A DNA stretch of 46,203 nt from a virus. Shown here piece after piece: positions 25,411 to 32,431 of this stretch; within the stretch, counting starts at the first letter, position 1; each line of letters begins with the position of its first letter. Below the pieces are notes generated by a model. The model saw only the letters and a list, made by a program, of their open reading frames with translations, ran no database searches and was not told the DNA's origin. The translations under genes were made by a program, and so were the position numbers. The stretch is from positions 1 to 46,203 of the IMG/VR virus record IMGVR_UViG_3300005077_000029, one strand, 5' to 3'.

Positions 25411-25635
25411 TCATTTTGCTCCCTTACTTTCCAGGCTTTCTGTAGTCTTTACACGGAGCAAAATCATAAGCACACCCAAGCCCATGAGTGTATTCCCGGC
25501 AGCATCTGGCCCGAAAGTCTTAGTCAGCCATTCTCCCTGCCCCTGAAGATAGCCAACAATCAGCACCAGCGTCCCGGCGTGAACCGTAAGACTTTTCATC
25601 AACCCTTTAAGCCACCTGCGAAACCGAATACTCAT
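25411..25635 (-). CDS. Holin-like two-TM protein
   Basis: 74-aa ORF; two hydrophobic segments (LTVHAGTLVLIVGYL, LMGLGVLMILL) and a charged C-terminus; ATGA overlap with the upstream gene. Confidence 0.65.
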   Translation of the reverse strand: MSIRFRRWLKGLMKSLTVHAGTLVLIVGYLQGQGEWLTKTFGPDAAGNTLMGLGVLMILLRVKTTESLESKGAK

Positions 25636-25868
25636 TTCCGCCCTCTCTTGCAGAGCCTTTTAATCCCTGCCCTGATAGCATCAAACAACGCTTCCAACGC
25701 AACCCCTGGCTTTATGAGAACTGCAACACTTACAGCAATCACACCTTTTCCGAGATCCCGAAGGACAAAAATCGTGTCCCCCGCTGCATCAAACCCTTCA
25801 ACCTCCACATCAACCCGCTCCCGGGTAAGAACCACACAAGGCTGAGTTTCGATTACAACCTTGTCCAT
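25632..25868 (-). CDS. Hypothetical 78-aa protein in the lysis cassette
   Basis: Start moved to ATG 25868 (MDKVVIETQP..) so that it does not overlap 25948..26379; RBS is weak. Confidence 0.45.
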   Translation of the reverse strand: MDKVVIETQPCVVLTRERVDVEVEGFDAAGDTIFVLRDLGKGVIAVSVAVLIKPGVALEALFDAIRAGIKRLCKRGRK

Positions 25869-25947
25869 AGAAGGTAAATCCCCAGGGTTAACGCAGTCAT
25901 CGTTAGCATCCCGGAGAGGATCATTATCAGACAGCCGAGAGGTGTTT

Positions 25948-26379
25948 TCATGTAACTGCAATGTAAATCTTCTTCTTCGCCGCAAAAGCCACTTGCAGCT
26001 TTAAGAAAAGCTTGTTAAACTCAACACGGCTATTAAGCACAGCCGCCCCACCACTCCAGTCCCCGGGCAGAAGACACCCGTCTGTATCTTCCTTTGTATT
26101 CCCAGGATGGATACGAATCCCTGTAAAGCAGGGGACATCGAGCAACCGAGGAAGAATCCTCTGGAAGCGGGAGGACATATCCAAAATAACCTCATACACC
26201 CCCCGTGGAATTGCCGTCTTTCCAGGCACCTTCCACTCTTTACAGGGCCGCGAATCCACTTCCCGAACCTCATCCTCTAAAATATAGCACTGAAACGCAT
26301 TGTCCAAATGAAGGCGGCCCACGCTGTATCCTGGGCCGTTGTGGAATCTGTGAAGGCGCATGAAGAGGATTGTGCTCAT
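25948..26379 (-). CDS. DUF5675-like protein, candidate non-canonical cell-wall hydrolase
   Basis: 143-aa ORF. Pattern GRLHLDN..CYILEDE..KTAIPRGVYEV..IRIHPGNTKEDTDGCLLPG resembles DUF5675 (from memory). It is the first gene of the lysis cluster. Confidence 0.55.
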   Translation of the reverse strand: MSTILFMRLHRFHNGPGYSVGRLHLDNAFQCYILEDEVREVDSRPCKEWKVPGKTAIPRGVYEVILDMSSRFQRILPRLLDVPCFTGIRIHPGNTKEDTDGCLLPGDWSGGAAVLNSRVEFNKLFLKLQVAFAAKKKIYIAVT

Positions 26380-26464
26380 CAGATCTATATGTCGTCTTAT
26401 TCGACAGACTTCATTGTAAACGAATTCCCCCCAAAATCAACAGGAGATTTAGGGGGAACCCTAC

Positions 26465-28141
26465 TCAATGCTTCTCTACTCCAGCCGCCCCCGGCAGCCA
26501 AGAAGGTGGTTTGTGGTCAACCAGTCCCCAGCCAAAGGTGTACTTCCCAATATGCCCAATGTGCATGGAAAGCTCATGGTCAATCAGCACATCAAACCCC
26601 GCAGCCTGAACCAACTGGCAGAAGTAGATATCTTCACCACAATACCCATCCATCTCAGGCACCCACTCCATAGCAAAAAGCGGTGGGGTGAGCTTCTCCA
26701 ACACATCCCGCCGGATAAGCATAAAGGCGCCACCAACCTGCCGTACAGCCTGCACTCCCTTTTTCCCACGAGAGTCAACATCCTTACCGTCAAAATCCAG
26801 GGCGGTCCCGGTAACAGGGAAGGCTCTGCGGGTACAGTTCCCCGCTACCATCGGAACATCGTGGGAAAGTAGACGCCGCAGTGCCCACGGAGGGAATCGC
26901 ATGTCACTGTCTACAAAGAGTAGATGCGTTGCACCATGCTTCAAGGTAGTCTTAACCGCATTATGCCGATTGCTGACAAGCATGCTGGACTCAGTACTGT
27001 TGAGGTGAATCCCCCTCGACCGCAGTCCCGGAACACCAAACTGCATGAAGTCGTTAATCATCATGGCGACTGAAACGGCAGTGCCTGACTCCCACTCCCC
27101 ACCGCTCGGAACGCAAACCGCAACCTTTGTGTCGGGGTACTTGTAATCTCGAGGCTCAAGAATCCAAGGATATCCTCCGGCCCCTAGCCCAGGGCTCCGC
27201 CCTTCCGGAAGTCCACCCCCCGTTTCCACAACTTGATGGTAAACGGCCGGATCTTCCACATATCCGTCAGGACAATCCCCTTGTACCCCGCAGGCCGGCC
27301 GGTCGGCGTCATGAACACTTCCTGCACCGTCCCGTCCTCCCACTCCTCGATGAAGCTCCCCGGTTTGAAGTACGGGTTCGGTCTGGTCACCACGTATAAC
27401 GACCTTCGGGGTTGGGTGCTGAACTGGCTCATATCCGGCGTCCTTTAAGATAGCATCTTCCATATTGTCAATGGCGGCACGGAGCATCTTAATATCCGTG
27501 GCCGCCGCAGAGGCGATATACTTCTGAAAAACCTCACTATCCCGCGTAACGGCAGCGTTGGTCATAAGCCCCTTCTCGTCATAGACCTTAGCGTACCCAT
27601 CGTCGTAAGGGGCTCGGCCAGCGAGAAAATGCTTATGGTAAAACACTACATGCGGAGCGTAGCGGAGCAACCCAGCGCCCTGGCCCAGGAGCTTCCAGAC
27701 TTGGTCGGTAAACCCGTGGGAAAGGAAGGGAGGGGAGAACCACCCCATTATCCGGACCAGGTCTCCGCCGATACAGTAATGGGTGCAGAGCCTATCCCGC
27801 TGAATCGTATCGTTGGGGTAAGCGATAAAGAACGGGGAAGCGAGGGATTCGAGGTAGTCCAAAGACTCCTCAGCCGTAAGCCTGATATCATCCGCGATGA
27901 AACCGTAGGTAGGCTCATCCGGGTACTTCGCAAAGAACTCATTCATAGCCGCAGTAAACCCTTCAGCAGGGCTGGTGTAAAACTCCCACTCCTCCGGCCA
28001 CTCCATTCGTGCGTAGGCTTCGCCATGCGGATCATCTTCCCACACACGCACAACAAGTTTTTTACCAGGCTGATATTTAACCCATGAATCCGCGAGTTCC
28101 TTCAACCCCTCGGGACGTTTATAAGTCGGACAAAACCACAT
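26465..28141 (-). CDS. Two-domain glycosyltransferase (GT-A-like N-terminal half, GT2-like C-terminal half)
   Basis: Start set to ATG 28141 (AAGGAG 7 nt upstream); ATG 28180 from the ORF track sits inside the hairpin. N-terminal half: CPTYKRP, YGFIADDIRL. C-terminal half: KVAVCVPSGG, LLFVDSDMRFP (DxD), YCGEDIYFCQ. The central ~250 nt show a frame conflict (see findings). Confidence 0.65.
   Translation of the reverse strand: MWFCPTYKRPEGLKELADSWVKYQPGKKLVVRVWEDDPHGEAYARMEWPEEWEFYTSPAEGFTAAMNEFFAKYPDEPTYGFIADDIRLTAEESLDYLESLASPFFIAYPNDTIQRDRLCTHYCIGGDLVRIMGWFSPPFLSHGFTDQVWKLLGQGAGLLRYAPHVVFYHKHFLAGRAPYDDGYAKVYDEKGLMTNAAVTRDSEVFQKYIASAAATDIKMLRAAIDNMEDAILKDAGYEPVQHPTPKVVIRGDQTEPVLQTGELHRGVGGRDGAGSVHDADRPACGVQGDCPDGYVEDPAVYHQVVETGGGLPEGRSPGLGAGGYPWILEPRDYKYPDTKVAVCVPSGGEWESGTAVSVAMMINDFMQFGVPGLRSRGIHLNSTESSMLVSNRHNAVKTTLKHGATHLLFVDSDMRFPPWALRRLLSHDVPMVAGNCTRRAFPVTGTALDFDGKDVDSRGKKGVQAVRQVGGAFMLIRRDVLEKLTPPLFAMEWVPEMDGYCGEDIYFCQLVQAAGFDVLIDHELSMHIGHIGKYTFGWGLVDHKPPSWLPGAAGVEKH
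27184..27432 (-). CDS. Alternative-frame 82-aa ORF nested in the glycosyltransferase gene; coding-like
   Basis: AAGGA 8 nt upstream of ATG 27432. Third codon positions are almost all G/C (7 A in 82 codons by my count), against 21 A in 84 codons for the long-ORF frame over the same stretch. The peptide looks globular (KPGSFIEEWEDGTVQEVFMTPTGRPAGYKGIVLTDMWKIRPFTIKLWKRG). Confidence 0.45.
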   Translation of the reverse strand: MSQFSTQPRRSLYVVTRPNPYFKPGSFIEEWEDGTVQEVFMTPTGRPAGYKGIVLTDMWKIRPFTIKLWKRGVDFRKGGALG

Positions 28142-28159
28142 TTTATTGCTCCTTGAAAA

Positions 28160-28192
28160 GCCCCGGGGAATACTACACATATTCCCCGGGGC
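28160..28192 (-). terminator. Perfect 13-bp-stem hairpin (31-bp dyad element) after the capsid gene; terminator or mRNA stabiliser
   Basis: GCCCCGGGGAATA-ctacaca-TATTCCCCGGGGC. On the minus-strand transcript it is followed by CTTTTC, then AAGGAG and ATG 28141. Confidence 0.7.
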
Positions 28193-28195
28193 GCA

Positions 28196-28226
28196 TATTA
28201 CACCAGTTCCGTATTACACCAGTTCC
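28196..28226. repeat. Tandem 15-nt direct repeat spanning the capsid stop codon
   Basis: tattacaccagttcc occurs at 28196-28210 and 28212-28226 (period 16); the second copy encodes ..ELV-stop of the capsid gene. Confidence 0.9.
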
Positions 28227-29479
28227 ATATACATCATAGACCGCATATGGTGGAACTCAACACCAGCCTCAGTCAGCCACTGACCGGCGAAGTAGTCAGC
28301 ACCAGGGGTCTGGATGTCGTCTTCGTAGTCAGTGTCCCGACCACGCAGGGGACGGTACACCATACCGCTCGGGTTGATGAAGAAGGCAGACTTGGTGAAC
28401 TTCGGGTTCACATTCATCATCGGGTGGGTGCGGAAGTAGATCGTACCCTGTGGCAGAGCGTACTCCTGCAGTTTCATTCCAAAGGCGCTGATGCTGCCGT
28501 TGTACTGAATCGCAGTAGCCGTCATGCGCTTCACCATCTTGTTCATGTTGTTCAAGAATTGGTTACCGCAAAGCGCAATCCGCTCGTTGCCAGCGCCAGT
28601 ATACCCATAGTCAAACATCGGGAAAGTGGCGTCCAGGAAGTTGTCTTCCGTAAACGTTGCGGAGTTGAGGGAGACCAGTGTGGAAACCGCCGACCCGTGG
28701 GCACTGCGAATAAAGTGCCACAGACCGCCGGTGTACCGCTTGGGCATGGAGCTACGGGCACCCGCGCCGGTAGCAGCTGTACCAACAGTCTCACTCGGGG
28801 TACCGAACAAGAACGCGTGCTCAAGCTGCTGAGCATGGTAGAACGACTTCCGCTTTTTCTCGTTCTTCAGCGGGTCACCAGTACGGAACTTGGTTTTCGC
28901 TGCAGTTTTCGAGATGCTGTACGTCGTCTTGAAGATCTCCGCGTAGTTGTGGTACTTCGTGGGCTTGCGGAAGGTGGCCGCAGCTGCGTCCGCGCCTTCA
29001 GCAAAGGCCGAACCCATCTTCACAAACCAGGTGCCGATAACACCGGCCCCGAGGGGGGTGCCAGCAGCTTGACGGGTTACAGTAACTACGTTGGAGGCGC
29101 TGGGGGTAGAGGCTACCTCAACAATTTCCCAGTGGGTCGTGAAAACGGTCGTGGTTTCCATGAGCAACAGGTCACCAGCAACCAGATCCACTGCCGTGAA
29201 ATCGCCAGAGGTGTAGCAAGTCAGCAGGGTGGAGGAAGCGTTAGCGGACAAGCCGGTACCAGCAACCTGGAGGCGGACTGGTGCGAGTTCTTCTTCCCAC
29301 CAGCTAAACTCCGGATCGTCAACAGGCTCAGTTTTCATCTTGGACATGAGCGCCGTCAGCGGGGTGCCGCCGTTGGGATCACGCCACAAGATCATTTCGC
29401 GGAACGACTTCGGACGTTCATCCGTCGCGTAGTCAGAGGTGCTGGTACCGCGCAAACCAGCAATGCCAGAGGAGGCCAT
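28214..29479 (-). CDS. Major capsid protein
   Basis: 421-aa ORF with AAAGGGA upstream; follows the acidic scaffold-like gene, is followed by a strong hairpin, and has typical coat-protein composition. Confidence 0.8.
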   Translation of the reverse strand: MASSGIAGLRGTSTSDYATDERPKSFREMILWRDPNGGTPLTALMSKMKTEPVDDPEFSWWEEELAPVRLQVAGTGLSANASSTLLTCYTSGDFTAVDLVAGDLLLMETTTVFTTHWEIVEVASTPSASNVVTVTRQAAGTPLGAGVIGTWFVKMGSAFAEGADAAAATFRKPTKYHNYAEIFKTTYSISKTAAKTKFRTGDPLKNEKKRKSFYHAQQLEHAFLFGTPSETVGTAATGAGARSSMPKRYTGGLWHFIRSAHGSAVSTLVSLNSATFTEDNFLDATFPMFDYGYTGAGNERIALCGNQFLNNMNKMVKRMTATAIQYNGSISAFGMKLQEYALPQGTIYFRTHPMMNVNPKFTKSAFFINPSGMVYRPLRGRDTDYEDDIQTPGADYFAGQWLTEAGVEFHHMRSMMYMELV

Positions 29480-29494
29480 GTTACATCCCTTTCA

Positions 29495-30280
29495 TCAATC
29501 GTCATCTTCCATGAGCGCTTCCCACTTGTTCTTCGAAGCAGGTGGGGAGGCAACTCTGCCGGGTGCTGCAGGCTGGAATGGACGAGCCGCCGGGGCGGTC
29601 GGAGCTTCCGAACCGCTCTGCCGTCGGGTGAGTCCCAAAGCAGCCATCGTGGTTTCCCCGATACGCTTGATCGCCTCTTCGGGTGACGCCTTCGGGTTGA
29701 GCTTCCGGAACATTGTCCCAATCTCAATCACCTGGTCTTCGTAATTTGCCAGTTCCGGAAACGCGCTAAAGAATTCATCTTTGGCCTTGGTGTTTCGAAC
29801 TGTCGACTGGGTGTAGGATTCAACAATGCTCGGTACAACCGAGTTCATCAAACTCCGAACGTGGTCAAGTACTTCGAGGTGAAGTTTCGCCGCCATCTGC
29901 GGGATCACTTTCTCAGGCTCCATCTGAAGAAGCAAAGCGTCTTCTTCGCTGAGAGCATAATGGGAAGTGAGGGAGGCTTCAAGCTTTCCCCGGGCTTCCT
30001 GTATCTGCTCAGCCGAAATCGGCGCGGGCGCCTGTGGCTGCTCCTGGGCCGGAGTAACCGGCTCCGCTGGAGCTTCTTCCTGTTCCGGGGGAGTGGGTTC
30101 GTCAGACGTCTCCGCCGGGGCAGGCTCTTCCTCGCCTTGCTCCTCAACTTCGTCGTCGTCCGAAAGAAACTCCCCCCAACGGTCAACAGAAGGCTCGGCC
30201 TCCTGCAGTTCTGGGCCGCCGGGTAATTCAGCGCCGTCGTCCTGTACTTCTTCCATCAGTTTTTGTAGCAGCTTACTCAT
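29495..30280 (-). CDS. Scaffolding protein
   Basis: 261-aa ORF; very acidic, Pro/Glu-rich N-terminal half and helical C-terminal half; lies between portal and capsid. Confidence 0.65.
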   Translation of the reverse strand: MSKLLQKLMEEVQDDGAELPGGPELQEAEPSVDRWGEFLSDDDEVEEQGEEEPAPAETSDEPTPPEQEEAPAEPVTPAQEQPQAPAPISAEQIQEARGKLEASLTSHYALSEEDALLLQMEPEKVIPQMAAKLHLEVLDHVRSLMNSVVPSIVESYTQSTVRNTKAKDEFFSAFPELANYEDQVIEIGTMFRKLNPKASPEEAIKRIGETTMAALGLTRRQSGSEAPTAPAARPFQPAAPGRVASPPASKNKWEALMEDDD

Positions 30281-30536
30281 GTTCAGACTCCTTCACCAGT
30301 TGATCAAGTTCATACTTCGCCTGTTCCAGCAATGTTGAAACAGTCCCTACCACCGACTCCAGCCCCACAACAAAACCCTTCTGGAACTCCATGGAGAACT
30401 GATTCTCCGGAGTAGTGGGGGTACGGATGATTCCAGATACACGATCCTGAACCTGCTCCGCAAGCACCGGAGTTACATACTCCCCGAAGAGTTCCTCCAG
30501 CCGCGTTAACCCCTCAATACGTTCTTCTAAGCTCAT
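30273..30536 (-). CDS. Hypothetical 87-aa head-module protein
   Basis: ATGA overlap with the portal stop; 8-nt overlap with the scaffold start. Confidence 0.6.
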   Translation of the reverse strand: MSLEERIEGLTRLEELFGEYVTPVLAEQVQDRVSGIIRTPTTPENQFSMEFQKGFVVGLESVVGTVSTLLEQAKYELDQLVKESEHE

Positions 30537-32431
30537 GCTGTTGCCCCCATGTTAGGAACCTGCATCTGCGCAGGCGGACGTCCAAGATCATCTTGATTCC
30601 CTATCGGAACCATGTTACCAGCCTGTGCCTGGGTGGCAAGATCCGCTGGGTCCATAAGCTGCATTTTGAACTGCTGCAGGTTCTTCAGCCCCGCCAGACT
30701 CGCAACCCAAGCGAAGATCCGCCCGAAGTCATACTGCGAGGCGACCTGCGGCACCTTAGCCATCTGCGACATCATCTGTTGCCACAGGTTCGCCTGGGCA
30801 AATCTATCCACCGGCATACTCCCATCCACCGGAACGAAGTCATAGAACCCGGCAATACTCATCGGGTCTACCTTAGCAAACCCCGGGCTGAAGGCGGCCA
30901 GATCCCCAACAATACGGAATTTCTGCTCCCCGGTGTAGAACTGTTGCGTACCGCTGATCAGCTTCTGGGTCAGCGGCCCCCAGCCCATCGCGGAGAAGAA
31001 CTCGCAGTTTGTCTTCAGCCGGTTGATGCCGAATGTAGTGGACTGGCGCACTTCGGTAGCTGTTTTCCGCCCGCCAGCATTCACCATCCCCATTACGTTG
31101 TCAGTGACCCCCGTTACCCGCTGAATCATGTCGGCCATAAGCTGCATGTTCGGCACGTGCGCCTGGGTGACATCAGCCACGGGAAGCTGGGCAAACATCG
31201 TCCTGATATCCCGACCAAACCCGGCTGGTTTCAGCCTGATCAACTTCCCGGGATCGCGGGACTCAAAATCCTTCATCACGAACATGCTAGGGTCCGCAAT
31301 GAATTGGTTGTTCAGCGCTGCCCGCACATTGAACATGTGAGAGTTCACTAGCCAAGTCATGGCATCGTTCAAAGGCGCCATAACCTCCATCATGGACCTG
31401 GTGAAGAGGTTGTATGCATCGGGCTCCTGCTCGAGCACGTCAACCGGGAAGCGGTTGTGGAAGAGTCCGAGGGGTCTGGCCCCGAAGAGTTTATAGCTCC
31501 CCGTTGTCATAGTGAACACCCAGATCTCCAACCTGTCCCCGTCCGCCAGCTTCCATTCCCTTGGGATGATCTTGATGTAGACCTCGTAAGCCTTCACCAG
31601 TCCAGGAACCTCCTGATGAAAATACTCGAGATCCTCCCCGGGAAGCTCTGAGGTAACCCCACCGTGGTCACGCTCACTGCGATCAAACCCCGCATCTTGG
31701 AGCATTTCGATGTCGAAGTACTCCCCCGCTTCCTTACCAGTCAGCAGGTCGGACCGGGAAAGCTCAACATAACGGCCGAAGAATTCCCCTTCCTGGAAGT
31801 TCCACAGAGTCACCCGCGGGTCAGGATAAGCATCCTGCGGGCGGATGTTGAAAAGCTTATGCCCAACATAGCCTGGCACGTCAACGACATCCTCAGCCCA
31901 CTCTTCCGTTCCCGGAATAGGCATCCCGAGGAACATCTTAGGCCGTTGAACCCGCAGGCGAGCGCGCACTTTCTCCTCCCGCCAGTACGACCCGATCCAG
32001 CCCACGCTGTACTTAATCGGGTCGAAGAGCCAGAGGAACAGCGGGACCAGGTTCTGCCCTACTTGGAGCTGGTAGTCCAAGATTGCCTCAATTGACTGGA
32101 CCTGCTGCTCTGACTCCCCATGCCGCCCAGACACCTGCAGGATAGGATTCCTCGCGAGGAATACGGAGGTGAAGTAAGTATGCGCGGTCATTGCGACGGC
32201 GTAGCTATACGGCACCGCAATGGTAGTGTACTCCGGCTCCCCCAAATCCCGCTTCTGCTTCCGCAGAGAATCCGCAGTGCTCTCGGGGATATACGCTCTG
32301 AACTGGTCCTCGTTCTCCGCCCACTGTTTATGGCGCTGCCCCATTTTTCCGCGGGACAGATCAATCCTGGCCCGACACTCGCGAGAGATTATCTCTGCAG
32401 CTGCTTTTCCAGGTCTAAATTTCACGGACAT
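30533..32431 (-). CDS. Portal protein
   Basis: 632-aa ORF directly after TerL (10-nt overlap); size and position are typical of a portal. Confidence 0.75.
   Translation of the reverse strand: MSVKFRPGKAAAEIISRECRARIDLSRGKMGQRHKQWAENEDQFRAYIPESTADSLRKQKRDLGEPEYTTIAVPYSYAVAMTAHTYFTSVFLARNPILQVSGRHGESEQQVQSIEAILDYQLQVGQNLVPLFLWLFDPIKYSVGWIGSYWREEKVRARLRVQRPKMFLGMPIPGTEEWAEDVVDVPGYVGHKLFNIRPQDAYPDPRVTLWNFQEGEFFGRYVELSRSDLLTGKEAGEYFDIEMLQDAGFDRSERDHGGVTSELPGEDLEYFHQEVPGLVKAYEVYIKIIPREWKLADGDRLEIWVFTMTTGSYKLFGARPLGLFHNRFPVDVLEQEPDAYNLFTRSMMEVMAPLNDAMTWLVNSHMFNVRAALNNQFIADPSMFVMKDFESRDPGKLIRLKPAGFGRDIRTMFAQLPVADVTQAHVPNMQLMADMIQRVTGVTDNVMGMVNAGGRKTATEVRQSTTFGINRLKTNCEFFSAMGWGPLTQKLISGTQQFYTGEQKFRIVGDLAAFSPGFAKVDPMSIAGFYDFVPVDGSMPVDRFAQANLWQQMMSQMAKVPQVASQYDFGRIFAWVASLAGLKNLQQFKMQLMDPADLATQAQAGNMVPIGNQDDLGRPPAQMQVPNMGATA

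Noticed and set aside
25151-25414. 87-aa ORF with a hydrophobic N-terminus in a third frame of the i-spanin gene (possible second lipoprotein)
   Set aside because: It has no proper lipobox (LLICG is not L-[AS]-[GA]-C in a suitable position) and no RBS. The real embedded o-spanin is 24917..25147, which has LISGC and AAGGAG upstream.
28247-29686. 479-aa plus-strand ORF antisense to the major capsid and scaffold genes
   Set aside because: The composition is that of a shadow ORF (R/G/V/S-rich). It spans two well-supported minus-strand genes and their junction and has no start context.
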